DNA of 64,000 bases, from NCBI GenBank assembly GCA_918797485.1, contig CAKKNE010000001.1:4340001-4404000 (forward strand), in the 5' to 3' direction. Below, piece after piece: positions 30,332 to 41,270 of the stretch (position 1 is the stretch's first letter; every line of letters starts with the position of its first letter). The position numbers and the translations under genes are program-made. Origin of the DNA: Pelagomonas calceolata. Lineage: Eukaryota. The notes beneath the pieces are model-generated. The model was not told the origin of the DNA and did not search any database. It saw only the letters and a list, made by a program, of their open reading frames with translations.

Positions 30332-31555
30332 CTATGATAGTACTCGTGCCGTCGCTAGCCCGAGGAACGTCGCCAGCGCGTAGCCGATCGTTCCCACCGC
30401 GACAGCTGGTGCTGTCGCGCCGTCCCACCCCTTGCCGGCGCACAACGCAGCAGCCGTCGCGGGGCCGCCGATTGCCGCGTTCGAAGCTACAGCCAGAATC
30501 GATCGCGGTAGCCTCAGAATCCGCGCGCCGATGCCGTAGACGACCAGCGTGTGTCCGGCGTACAGGAAGCCGAGGAACGCGAGGAGCGCCGGTCCCGCGT
30601 CGACCAAGCACGCGCCGGCCGCGCCGCCGGCCGCGCCCGCGCCCGCGAAGAAGAGATAGAGCAGCGTCTCGGAGAGCACGTTCGCCGCGCGGTCCAGGCG
30701 CCGGCGGTTCCGGCTCTCCTTCGCGGAGGGCAACACCGCCGCGAGACCGAGGGCACACAACGTCGCGGCCGGCAGCGGCGCGCGCGGGCTCAGGCGCGAC
30801 GCCACTGCGAGGATGCCGAGCGCCGTACCTAATGCGGCGAGCAAGGAGCCGGCGTCGACGACGGCTACCGTTTCGTCCCCAGATTCCCCAGATGCCGCAT
30901 CGGGCGACGGGTCGCGGTCGCCGGCCAGCCAGTTGCAGAGCGGGAAATAGACGAGGGCCATGACGTTGTCCGCCGCGAGCGCGACGGACTGCGCGACTGC
31001 GCCCACCCGTAACGTCGCCGCCACCGCGCAAAAATTCACCCCTCCGCCGATGTTCTTCGCGGATAGCGATGCGATGGAGCCGACGGCGTCGCCGCGGCCC
31101 AGCGCCGACGCGAGCGCCGGCAGGACGAAACGCGCGCCAATAGCCGTCGCACAGAGTGTGCCCACCACGGCGACGGCGAAGGCCTTCACGTAGGGCTTCG
31201 ACGTCTCTAGCAGCGCGCGCGGGTCCGCATCCAAGAGCAGTAGCGGCGTCGCGAGCTGGACCGCGGCGTCGCGGATGCCGCTCACGGCGCGCGCGTTCGC
31301 GGGGAGCGCTCCTATTGATGAGGCGGCGAAGGTAATGGCCATTGCTGCGACAGGGCCACCCAGCGCCCTCCCGACCTTGGTCCGCGTGCCGAGGCTGCGT
31401 CCGGCTAAAGCCGCGCCGACGAGCGCACAGGCGTTGCCGACGTCGTCCGTGGGTGCAACGATTGCTGCTCGCGGTGTCAATTTGTGGTGCCGCAGCGGTG
31501 GTTGTTGCAGCGCTCCGACCACTGCTGCGACGAATATTAGGCGTGCGCGTGGCAT
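30332..31555 (-). CDS. DUF819-family multi-pass membrane protein, probably plastid
   Basis: LATPLLLLDAD, NIGGGVNFCAV, ALAADN and ASNAAIGGPATA...GTIGYALAT. Confidence 0.8.
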   Translation of the reverse strand: MPRARLIFVAAVVGALQQPPLRHHKLTPRAAIVAPTDDVGNACALVGAALAGRSLGTRTKVGRALGGPVAAMAITFAASSIGALPANARAVSGIRDAAVQLATPLLLLDADPRALLETSKPYVKAFAVAVVGTLCATAIGARFVLPALASALGRGDAVGSIASLSAKNIGGGVNFCAVAATLRVGAVAQSVALAADNVMALVYFPLCNWLAGDRDPSPDAASGESGDETVAVVDAGSLLAALGTALGILAVASRLSPRAPLPAATLCALGLAAVLPSAKESRNRRRLDRAANVLSETLLYLFFAGAGAAGGAAGACLVDAGPALLAFLGFLYAGHTLVVYGIGARILRLPRSILAVASNAAIGGPATAAALCAGKGWDGATAPAVAVGTIGYALATFLGLATARVLS

Positions 31556-31726
31556 TGTTGCAGCAATGTGCTCTGAGAGCACCGTCTGCTGCTGCACCAC
31601 CCAACGCTTTTCGATTCTGCTATTTTTTATCGCAGCGCTCCAGGCTATGTCGTGAGAGACTACGACAGGTCAAAATTCGATCGCTGCTTGCTCGTAGGCC
31701 AAAAACGCGTCGAGCAGCAGCGCTCC

Positions 31727-31749
31727 CTAGTGTCTTACAGGCCGCTAGC
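31727..31749 (+). promoter_or_regulatory. Recurrent upstream motif CTAGTGTCTTAC...GCTAGC, copy 4
   Basis: Lies between the divergent starts at 31555 (-) and 31923 (+). Confidence 0.55.
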
Positions 31750-31922
31750 AACTAGTTTTACGGCGCGACCTCGACCGACGGACCAGGACGCCCGAAAGTT
31801 GATATAATTGACTCAAACGAACGCCGACATCGAGCTTTCACTGAGCCTCGCGCGCGACAACCGCAGAAACGCGCTTGAAGGCCTTGACCACAGATTGGGT
31901 CAATCGCCTGTTTTCAGAGATA

Positions 31923-33175
31923 ATGACCCTCCCCCAAAACTGCGCGACGTGCGGCAAGTCCCTCGAGGACCGCCAACCGCCGACCTGCCCCCGCTGCAAG
32001 ACGCTCTACTGCGGTAGCGACTGCCAGCGCGCCGACTGGAAGGCGGGTCACAAGAAAATCTGTAAGGCCATCGCCGAGGAGGGCGGCGCCGCGCAACGCC
32101 ACGCCAATGAGAAGGCGGCCGCGGCCGTCGCCGCGCTCTTGAAGGAGCGAGCCGCGCCCGCGAAGACGGCGTGTCGCCTCTGCAAGAAGACGACCACCGA
32201 TGAGTTCGTCGCGGTGTGGTGCGAAAAATGTCAAACGAAGGACCGCCTCGCGCACGCCTCGTGCCTCGCGAAGTACGCCGCGCGCGTCGCGGAGGGCGTC
32301 GACGATTTCCGCGGCTGGGAGCGGTGCAAGGGCTGCACCCAGGAGTTCACGGGCGCGGCGAAGGTCGCGGCCGCGCGACTCTGCTGGAAGGAGTACGCGA
32401 GCCGGGACGAGAGCGACCAGCTCCGGTGCTGGGCCGCGGAGGCGCTGGGGTGCGCGCTGTACGCCGACGGTCCGTATCCGCGTCGACCCCCACACCATCG
32501 ACGCAACTCTGCGCCTCACCGGTCGACGCCAACGCAGGTCAGTACGAGGACGCGCGCGACACCTTCCTCGCCCACCTGAAGGTGATCAAAAGCGCCGGCG
32601 TGAACTGGCAGGACACCGAGACGCCCCTCGCGATGACCCGTGAAAATTTGGCGAAATGCGCGCACGCGCTCGGGCGGCTCGACGAGCTACTTGCCATGCG
32701 ACGGGAGATGTACGCGGAGACCCAAGCGAAGCACTTCGTCACCGACCAGCGCACGATCGACGCGGCGCTGAACCTGGCGTCGGCGTTGCTCAGCTCCGAC
32801 GAGACCGAGGAGGCGCAAAAGTTCTGCCGGGAGACGCTGAGGAAGCTCAAGCGCGGCTGCCCTCCCAACGACGTTCGCGTTGTGACATTGACGTGCGCGT
32901 TGGCACAGACGCTGTATGATCCCGCGGCCGAAGACCGCGACTATCTGATGTCAGATGTGCAGGAGGCGGAGACGCTACTGATGGAGGCTTTCCAGGCGTC
33001 GCGGCAGGCATTTGGCTCGGACCATCCCCAGACCGCGCGCGTGCGGCAGGAGCTCGACGCGGTGCGCGCGGCGCGCAAGGGCGACGCCGTCGACGGCTCG
33101 AAGCTGGAGCGGGGGCCCATTGTCCTGGACAAGCCCAATGACCGTGACGAGAAGACGATAGACAGCATAGACTAG
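31923..33175 (+). CDS. MYND zinc finger plus RINGv-like plus TPR protein; join(31923..32469,32538..33175), 394 aa
   Basis: CATC...CPRCKTLYCGSDCQRADWKAGHKKIC, then CRLC...CEKC...AHASCL...CKGC, then TPR-like repeats. The intron restores YADG|QYEDA. Confidence 0.82.
32470..32537 (+). mobile_element. 68-nt GT-AG intron, a degenerate introner
   Basis: TSD remnant GTCCGTAT vs GTCAGTAC (6/8). Internal inverted repeat GCGTCGACC/GGTCGACGC. Core variant CACCATCGACGCAAC. Confidence 0.8.
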
Positions 33176-33329
33176 GACTCTTGTCTAAGGTACTCGTGAA
33201 TTTACCCACAAGCACTTGCCTTGCCGCGCGGCGGCGCAAAAGCGCTCGCTGTGCAGAGCAGAGACAAGCGCGAGACAGCGTGAAGGCGCGACAGAAGGTG
33301 TAGAAAATCGATTGGGCGTGTCGACACGC

Positions 33330-34112
33330 TCAGTACAACAGGCCCGTAAAAGCTTGCCCGAAGAGCTCGGCGGCGGCGGGCTCGGCGGCGAGAAAGTCCG
33401 TGACGTATTTTGTGATCCGTTCGGGCGCCTCAAAGCCCGTTTTTTCCTTTACCTTCGGAGAGACGGCTACGTACAGTATGGCCACCGCGCAATAATCCGC
33501 GATCGTCAGCGCGTCGCCGCAGACGAACGTGCCCTGGAGATACAAGCCCGCCCACTTATTGAGCGCATCGACGAAGCCCGCGTTGGCCGCCGGCTGGTCC
33601 GATGGGTAGGGCCACATCGGGATGCCCATGACGTCGCCCAGGACGCAGTACGACACGCCGACGTAGCCGTTGCTCGAATCTTTACCCAAATGCCACGGCT
33701 CGTATACGAATTCCTTGAACTGGGCGATCGCCATCTCAATGCGCGCCCGCTCGGCAATGGAACCAGGATACAACGACGGCTTGTACTGCTGCGCGAGGTA
33801 CCGCAGGATGGCCGTCGACTCGCCGAGGTTGAGCCCGTTGCTCTCGTCGGACATGCCCGGCACCTGACCATAGGGATTCACGGCCACGAACTCAGGTCCC
33901 TTCTGCTCGCCCGTCAGCTGGATCACTTTCAGCTCGGCACAGCCGATGGATGAACCCATGATAGCGCAACTAAGCGAGTTGGAGCTGCCTGGATTGTAAA
34001 ACACCGTCACCGGCTTCTTTTCAAGTGATGCGAGATGGGCAGCAATGTCTGCTTCCGAGACGCCGGCCGCGAGGGCGGCCGTGGCGCTCTCATGCGACGC
34101 ACCGGAGCCCAT
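33330..34112 (-). CDS. Glutathione S-transferase (theta-like)
   Basis: EFVAVNPYGQVPGM, LGESTAILRYLA and TIADY N-capping box. Myristoylation-like start MGSGAS. Confidence 0.85.
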   Translation of the reverse strand: MGSGASHESATAALAAGVSEADIAAHLASLEKKPVTVFYNPGSSNSLSCAIMGSSIGCAELKVIQLTGEQKGPEFVAVNPYGQVPGMSDESNGLNLGESTAILRYLAQQYKPSLYPGSIAERARIEMAIAQFKEFVYEPWHLGKDSSNGYVGVSYCVLGDVMGIPMWPYPSDQPAANAGFVDALNKWAGLYLQGTFVCGDALTIADYCAVAILYVAVSPKVKEKTGFEAPERITKYVTDFLAAEPAAAELFGQAFTGLLY

Positions 34113-34301
34113 AGCCGCAAACAATTGCAGACTGCGTTGCAAAGGGCTGCCCTATACAGAGCGAGAGCAGCACCAAATTCGCAGCGCCGGAGAATTTGGA
34201 TCGCAGCGCCGGCGCGCCGCGCGCCATCCGCGCGAGAGCAGGCGTCCACCCCCACGCCATCGACGCGACAGATACCCGATGCTTATGCGATAGGAGGACA
34301 A

Positions 34302-35828
34302 CTAGTCGAACGCCCCCGTGCAGCCCCAGATGTTCGGCTCGGTGTAGTCGAACTGGTGGATCCAGGCGTTCGCCGCGAATTTGGTTCCTTTGATGACCGG
34401 CAGGGCCGCGTGGCGCGTGCGCGGATCTTGCGCGGTGGGGTCGTCGTTCTTGACCGAGGGCCAGACTAATGCGGTTCCTCTTGTGGGTTTGACCTTGATG
34501 GTCGTGCCCGACGGCCGCTTGATGAGGGGGAACTCCGTCTCGCCCCCCTCCTCGACGTCCGACAGGTAGAGGAAGAAGGTGTAGACGCGCGGTCCGCACG
34601 CTAGTCTATTATCCGTGCGCGACATGTCGTGGTGCGCTCGGTACTCCTGGCCGAGCTGATATCTCAACACCTGAAATGATTCATAGTTCTCGGTGGGGAT
34701 ACCCGTAACTTTCTCGATCCGAGACATGACCTCGACGGTCGAAGGATGAGACTCGCAGTGGCCCGTGCACCACGCGTTCTCGGACGTCCTACTCTTGGAC
34801 ACGATCTTCGACTGCTCGCCGTACTTGTCGACGGAGCCTTGGTCCGTCGACCGCGCGAACTGCGACGACACGGTAGCTAGGATGTTCCTACCGTCCTCCT
34901 CTGTGACGAAGTTCGCGAGCGTGGCGACCCAGGGCCCGTCGGCGACGTCCTTTGTTAGATCCGGATCGCCGCCCGGCCTGCTGTGAATCGTAACATTGTA
35001 CTCTTGTGATGACAGTAAAGACTGGAAGAAGGCTTCCACCCCGCCCGGTGTGAGGGCGGGCGTCTGCTTCACGTTCAATAAATCTCTTCGACACCGCACT
35101 TGAGGATCGCGTAAATGGCACGCTTCACAGGATCGCGAACACTTCATGACCATCCAGCCTGGGGCATTTACGCAATCATTTCTCCCAGCTCTATCTGGGC
35201 AAGATGGATCGGAGTCGCGGCACATCTCCTCATCATTATAAGCTTCTATTCCTTCGTCTGTTAAATGGAATGTGGGGCGGTGGGGCATCACGCGGAAGGA
35301 GGCAAGAGTCTTTCCTGACGTATCAGCTAGTCGGAAGACGTGTCCTAAAAAGGTGCCCACTCTCCTACTTTCGCCCGCGTTCAGGCGGAACATCAGTGAA
35401 CCAACGGCTCCTTCGTCCCTCGTGGAGCCGTCCGACAACCAGTACACGTCCACCGGTCCTACCGATGCGCTGTGGTAGAGATCGACACTTACACCGTCGG
35501 ACTCCGTCCGCTCCATCGCCGCGAGAGGATTTCTGATCAGCGACGTCCACTTCCGCTGCGGGTCCGGCACGTCGCCATGTAAGTCATCCATCGCCTCCAT
35601 AACAGCAGTCCCGTCGACGCCGACCTCCAGGGTCGCGTTGCGGCTGCACTGCGAACAGGTCAGGGGGCAGCTCTTGGCCATGTAGGGCGCGTTGCGCTCG
35701 CACTCGCCCTTCCAGCCCCACTCGAGGCACTGGTTGTGCGTGTCGACGCAGTCGTGGCCGTCGCTCGCGGCGGCGAGCGTGGCGAGGACGAGGGCCGCGC
35801 GGAGCGGCTCGCGCGCTATCCTGAGCAT
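34302..35828 (-). CDS. Prolyl 4-hydroxylase alpha-like 2OG-Fe(II) dioxygenase with ShKT domains
   Basis: Signal peptide, two ShKT domains (CVDTHNQC...CPLTCSQC; CRDSDPSC...CSRSCEAC), RTSENAW, YRAHHD, YLSDVEEGGET and HAALPVIKGTKFAANAWI. Confidence 0.9.
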   Translation of the reverse strand: MLRIAREPLRAALVLATLAAASDGHDCVDTHNQCLEWGWKGECERNAPYMAKSCPLTCSQCSRNATLEVGVDGTAVMEAMDDLHGDVPDPQRKWTSLIRNPLAAMERTESDGVSVDLYHSASVGPVDVYWLSDGSTRDEGAVGSLMFRLNAGESRRVGTFLGHVFRLADTSGKTLASFRVMPHRPTFHLTDEGIEAYNDEEMCRDSDPSCPDRAGRNDCVNAPGWMVMKCSRSCEACHLRDPQVRCRRDLLNVKQTPALTPGGVEAFFQSLLSSQEYNVTIHSRPGGDPDLTKDVADGPWVATLANFVTEEDGRNILATVSSQFARSTDQGSVDKYGEQSKIVSKSRTSENAWCTGHCESHPSTVEVMSRIEKVTGIPTENYESFQVLRYQLGQEYRAHHDMSRTDNRLACGPRVYTFFLYLSDVEEGGETEFPLIKRPSGTTIKVKPTRGTALVWPSVKNDDPTAQDPRTRHAALPVIKGTKFAANAWIHQFDYTEPNIWGCTGAFD

Positions 35829-36244
35829 GGCGGAGCTGCGAGTTTCACGCCGCGTCGGCAGCGTTTTTTGCTGCCGTTTTGCTGCTGGCCCGCTGTCGGC
35901 CAATCCAAGGGTTTCGCACGTGCGGCCAGCTTATGCGCTGGGATTTCTGCAATTTCGACCTTGTGCGATGCTTTGAAAACTCTTGAGCGCGCTGGAACCA
36001 ACGCACGCGTCTGTTGCTTTGGATGGCTGCCGTGAATTTTTTCAGCCTAAAACAAATAATCATAGCGCGTAAGGTACTAGGAACGCGAAGACATCTCCTG
36101 GCGCCGGGAGGGGTCCAAAAAACCGTTTGGCCATGGATTGCTTGGCTAGGCAAGCCCCAGCGCTCCCAGAAACCGCCACCGTGACGCCACCGCCGCGACG
36201 GACGACGGACAAAAAGAAAACTACTAGTACTATGGTCGAATTTA

Positions 36245-38653
36245 TCACGCGTCCCCTTCCAAGAACATCGCCTTGTAGACGTCGTCGCGCGCAGAATGAC
36301 GGATGCAGACGATGCGGTAGCCGTCGCCCGCGCGACTCTGATCTAGCGTCGACGCCTCCGCGTCGCCCCGCAGCGCCCGGCCTTCTTCGTACTGCGACAG
36401 GAAGGCATCAATGACGAACGCGGAAAAAACATTCACCGCCACCAGGCACCCGACGACGTAGAAGGACACGAAGTAGATACACCCGAGGCCCGAAATACCA
36501 GTAACGGCATAGCTCATCTCGATAAATTCGGTAAAGGGCCCGCCCGTCGCGATCATGGCGAAGAGGGGCACGTAGCCGTTCGCGAAGTCGTTGAAGTTCA
36601 ATACGTCGTAGTGCGCGTCGACGTACGTCGTCTCGGCCAGTCGCGGGTTGTCCTCGTAGACCTTTCCTCCGTACAGTTGCACGCCCGCAGCATTCCACAA
36701 AGAAGCGGAGCAGTAGAGGAGCCCGACGGCGCCCGCCGACGCGGGGATGATCCGTGTGATGGACGCCGTCACTAACTTAAACCGCTGGACTTCTCGGAGT
36801 CTAGCTACGAGTCGTAGCAACCGTAGGATGGTCAACCGGTGCAAGGTCGCCCTAGAGATATCAATGAAAGGCAGGCACCAGAAGAAGGCCACTACAAATA
36901 AAATTGTGGTGACGAAGGCGTCGAACCTATTGGTCGGCTCGAGCCAAAACTCGTCGAAGGGAATCACGGCCAGTTGCGCCACCAGCAAACCCATGTAGAC
37001 TATACTAAAAAGGCACTCGCAGACGGCGAAGGCCTCTTCTCCTGTAGGTGATAGGGTATCGCTCAGGTCGAGCCACGACTCGGCGAAGACGAGTAGCGTG
37101 TTTGCGGCCAGGACTAGGGTAGTTGTTCTCGCGAAGGCGTCGGAATGCACGAAGTCTGATAACTGATGATACCTATCCGAGGCCGCCCAGTCCGGCTTAT
37201 TCCTCTCAAGCCAAGTAGTCGTCCGTATCTTCACGAAGCTATATTGCAATATATCGACAAAATCAAAAAATTCACTCTTGGAGATCGTGCCGCTCCGATC
37301 ATCATCTAAGACATCGAAGAAGAAGTCGACCTCGTCCTTTTTTATTTGCGGGAGCTTTTCCACCCGATTCGTTTCTTTCACTAACTCTTCAAAAGTTTTG
37401 CGTGAGATGCAGTCATCTTGAGCGAGTAGGGCGAAGGCCGCCTTGAGGCCCTCGACCCTTCTTTCATTCTTCCGCCGGATCTCGTTCTTGATCGAGGCCG
37501 AGTACCTGCGTGCCGGTTGTGTAGGTGTTTGTTCGTGCGAGCCTCGCGGCGATGGCGTCGAGCCGACCCCAGCGAGTCACTCGGTGCTGCGAGCGACCTC
37601 CGCGACCCTCCACGCCGTCGAGCAGCATGTGCGAAGGGGACAACGTCGCGTCGATGGCGTAGAACCTCCACGCCATCGAGCAGAATGTACGGACACAGCA
37701 AAGGACTCGTTGTAGACGACCGCAAGAATCAGGTTGAGGAAGATGAAGCACGCTAACAGCACGTAGAACGCAAAAAATAGCCCAAATGATCTAGATGAAG
37801 CGTACGACGCCAGCATCTGGTCGGGAAAGTTGGCAGTTGTAGAAACGAAGAACATCGTATAGATGCCTTCACCCAAACTCGTGAAGCCCTCGTTCACCGG
37901 CAGGCCGTCCTTGACCGTCTCCACGTCATCTAGAGTTATCGCCGCGAGCCAGCCGAAGAACAGTATGCATAATGTCAGTAATAGGGAGACGTCGAGGAAC
38001 GACGGGATCATCGTCAGACAAGCTCTGCCCGCCGCCCAGACCTCCTTCGTGTTCGCCGCTAACAGGACTACGCGAAGGTAGGGCCCTAATCTGAATGCTG
38101 GTGGGTAGTCTATAGCTAGGCGTAGGGCAAAGATAACGAGGTCCAGGGCCGCGAGTCCCGTTGTTAACAACCGTGTCTGCAATTTAATGTCTCTAGGTCT
38201 TCCAAAGCCGACTTCCAGGCCACACAACGTCGCTAGATATCCCAAGGCGCAGGCCTCGACCAGCAACGTGGCTATGTATGGTACGTATTCGATACCAGAC
38301 AAGTATAGGTCGTGCTTCCGACAGACCTCGGACCCGCCCACCCAGAACAAATTATTTCGTCCCTGAAGACACCAGAGCGGCACCTCGATCAACGACACCA
38401 GCGCCAGTGCGACGACGCACACTAACCTCTCGGGGTGCACGAGGCTTTCGTACCTGACATAAGCGTCGCGCTGCGCGTTTGTTCTTGAATCCATGTCCTC
38501 CTCGAAGTTGCCGCTGAACGCGTCTTCGACGTACCACGCGGCTCTGGCTACGGGACTCAATTGGTCGCTGTCGCGCTCGCGCGTCGGCGCGGAACCGTAG
38601 CGCGCCGATTGCGCTCTTATATGTTCCATGCCAGCGTGGTAGTAGGAGGTCAT
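36245..38653 (-). CDS. TPC1: Two-pore cation channel (TPC1-like); join(37707..38653,36245..37505), 735 aa
   Basis: Pore 1 STTANFPDQM, FLNLILAVVYN, EF-hand DDDRSGTISKSEF, S4 ILRLLRLVAR and pore 2 LNFNDFANG. The intron restores YNE|YSASIK. Confidence 0.88.
37506..37706 (-). mobile_element. 201-nt GT-AG intron, introner-derived
   Basis: Contains the family cores CTGCTCGATGGCGTGG and CGCCATCGACGCGACG. TSD remnant GTCCTTTG vs GTACTCGG (5/8), followed by CTGTGT. Confidence 0.82.
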
Positions 38654-38655
38654 GC

Positions 38656-38726
38656 TGCTCTCGCGCCGGTGGCGTTTCGGGCAGCCCTATATGCTCTCGC
38701 GCCGGTGGCGTTTCGGGCAGCCCTAT
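38656..38726. repeat. Perfect 35-bp tandem duplication (period 36) just upstream of the TPC start
   Basis: TGCTCTCGCGCCGGTGGCGTTTCGGGCAGCCCTAT at 38656-38690 and 38692-38726. Confidence 0.9.
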
Positions 38727-39137
38727 TTGTACAGCTCTGTGTGCCGAGAATCTCTTGAGTATTGCCTACACAGATGCTCGGCGGCTGCCCAACTTTTTGC
38801 TTATTTTATGCGTTGCCCGGAGACGCCTTCTGCAAGTGCACGAGTACTTCCCGCGGACGCGCGGCGCGCACAGCGAGTTGCTCTCTTTTTGTCAATCTCA
38901 GTCAAACTAACTCAGGGCCTGTGTCTCGTCGGAAATCTCGCGCCGAGGCCTCGGAGGCGTGTGCTAGCGCTGCTTGCTGACACGTTTTGCTGCCCGGCTA
39001 GCGTCTCGACACACTAGCTGCTCTTCAGAGCCTGGATTTGCAGGACCTGCTGTGTCCCCGGGAGGCAAGAACAGCCGCTGCCAAATCACTGACAGCACAT
39101 TCTTGATTGGTGCATTCATCGACCCAAAGCTAGCGCG

Positions 39138-39650
39138 ATGCCGCGCGCCTTATTCCTCTCCCTGGCAGCCTGTGCCACAGCCCTGCATGTGCAGCGGCGC
39201 GCACTGATCGGGCCAGCCGTCGCCAGCGCCATCGTTGCGCCGCCCGCACACGCGAGCCTCATCGACTTTGATCCTGAAGCGGCTAAGGCCGCGGGCCGCG
39301 CGCGCGCCGAGCAGCGCCGCGCCGAGCAGAAGGCTTTCACCGATAAATTGGGCACGCTAGGTGGTGTGGAGGGCCAGGTGTCGACGGTCGGTGGAGCCGC
39401 AGCTCAGGACTCGCGCGAGAAGGGCTCGGGCGGCATCATCAAGATGAAGCGCGAGCCGGACCGGAAAGGCGAGGGCCTCCCCGAGCCGGAGCTGGGGCTC
39501 AAGGAGGCCTTGTCGGATGTTGGTATTGACGTGCCCGAGATCAAATATCAGCAGAAGCGGTCGTTCAACGGCAAGGCCGAGGACGACAATTCGTCCAACG
39601 GCATCTTCAAGATGAAGCGCGGCATCGGGAAGCCGCTCGGCTTCGAGTAG
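39138..39650 (+). CDS. Plastid, probably lumen-targeted, hypothetical protein
   Basis: Signal MPRALFLSLAACATA|L, twin-Arg QRRALI...PAHA segment and an internal repeat G(I)IKMKR / GIFKMKR. Confidence 0.7.
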   Translation: MPRALFLSLAACATALHVQRRALIGPAVASAIVAPPAHASLIDFDPEAAKAAGRARAEQRRAEQKAFTDKLGTLGGVEGQVSTVGGAAAQDSREKGSGGIIKMKREPDRKGEGLPEPELGLKEALSDVGIDVPEIKYQQKRSFNGKAEDDNSSNGIFKMKRGIGKPLGFE

Positions 39651-39800
39651 TCCTCCCCCGGTCTAAGTACTGGAAGAGGTTTCTGAGTACTATGTACGAT
39701 GGTGTTAATTTCCGACGAGGGATTCCCGCGGCGCCGTTGCGCCTACGGATCAAAACGGCCGTGTTTCACATGCGAGAGGACCGAGCACAGGATCGATTGA

Positions 39801-40838
39801 TCAGGCGGCTTGCGCGGCGAGGCCCGCCCGGACGTGGCCCACGAGCTCGAGCGCGGCGGCCGCGTTGGGATGGGCGGCGCCATACACACGATTCTGCAGA
39901 ATCAAATTCTCCTCGGCGAGCGCCTCGGCCTCGCCGTGATTCCCCGTCGCGCAGAGCGCGTGCGCGATGTTGTACGTGAGGCGTAATCTGACGTCCGAGT
40001 CGCGCGCGAGGCCGGAGGCGTTCCGCCGCGCCTCGCGCAGGAGCCCCAACGCCTCGGCGGCGTTCCCGCGGGAGAGCAGGAGGCCGGCGAGGTTGCTCGC
40101 CGCCAGGAGCGTCTCGGGGTGGCGCGGCCCCCGCAGGCGCCGCTGCTCGCGGAAGACCGCCCGCGTCAGCTGCAGGGCGTCCTCGGCGCGGCCCTCGAGG
40201 TGGTAGGACAGCGCGAGGTTCGCCGTCACGACCAGGGCCCGCGCGTCGTCGCCGACGCGGGCGCACGTCTGCAGGCCCGCCTCGAGCTTCGGGCGCGCTT
40301 CCGCGAAGCGTCCTGCCGCGAGTAGCTGCCCGGCAAGCTCGACCTGCGCCGAGAGGCGCCGGTCGTCGTGCTCCGGCGCGCTCACGTACGTCGCCCACGC
40401 CGCCGTCGCCAAGGCCATCGCGGTCGCGCCCTGGTAGGCGTTTTTGCAGAGGCCGCAGGCCTGCCAGCGTGCGAACGTGTGCGCGCTCCGCGCGTGCGCC
40501 GCGAGGCACCCGACGTGCGCGTAGCCGGCCGTCCCGCGGCACGCGCATCCGCGCACCAGGCCCGGGCCGCCCTCGAGACAGATGTAGCACCTGGCGCCCT
40601 CTGGGGCCGTTCCGGCGAACTCGGCCGCCGCCGCCCGCGCTGCGGCTGTGGCGGCTTCGTTGGCGTCGTCCTGGTTGCAGTCGGCGGCGGTCGGCTCCTT
40701 CGGTCCGAGGAGCCGCGCGAGGTGCGGCGGGGAGAGCCGCGGCGTGCCGGCCGCCGCCTCGGGGGCGGCCCCGGTAGCCGCGGCGCCGCGGGTGGAACAG
40801 GGCGCGTCGTCGATTACTTCGAGCCGCAACTTGGACAT
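39801..40838 (-). CDS. RINGv (RING-CH-like) plus TPR protein
   Basis: CYICLE...CACRGTAGYAHVGCL...CGLC, followed by GPRHPETLLAASNLA-type TPR repeats. Confidence 0.8.
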   Translation of the reverse strand: MSKLRLEVIDDAPCSTRGAAATGAAPEAAAGTPRLSPPHLARLLGPKEPTAADCNQDDANEAATAAARAAAAEFAGTAPEGARCYICLEGGPGLVRGCACRGTAGYAHVGCLAAHARSAHTFARWQACGLCKNAYQGATAMALATAAWATYVSAPEHDDRRLSAQVELAGQLLAAGRFAEARPKLEAGLQTCARVGDDARALVVTANLALSYHLEGRAEDALQLTRAVFREQRRLRGPRHPETLLAASNLAGLLLSRGNAAEALGLLREARRNASGLARDSDVRLRLTYNIAHALCATGNHGEAEALAEENLILQNRVYGAAHPNAAAALELVGHVRAGLAAQAA

Positions 40839-41270
40839 CGTGGGCCAAAATTGATCGCTTTTTCGGCGTCGAGGGGCGCTCTATGAGGGGTTTAAAACTC
40901 CTGTGGGCGCGATATCTAACTTTCCAGTGGAAAGAAGGGCAAACAGCTGAGGATGCAGTTGAGCAGCAGGAGGGCTGTATGTCGTACGTACGTCTTCAAC
41001 CGAAGTGTGACCAAGCGCACGAATTCTTGAGCACTTAAGGGAACCTCTCGCGTTGTCGTTGCGAGAATTTATGGGGCGTCGCGTGCGTGGGGGCTTTTAG
41101 GAGTTTGGAATACCGCAAAGCGTGCAGGCTGGGCCGACCTCCGCAGCATCCATAGACCCGTCCTTGCCCGCCTCGGGAGACGTCTCCTACGGCAAAAATA
41201 CCTGGCTTATTCAAAATAAAATTTGACGCCCGGCCGACGCGCCAGAACACCAGAGACTAACAGACTAAAC

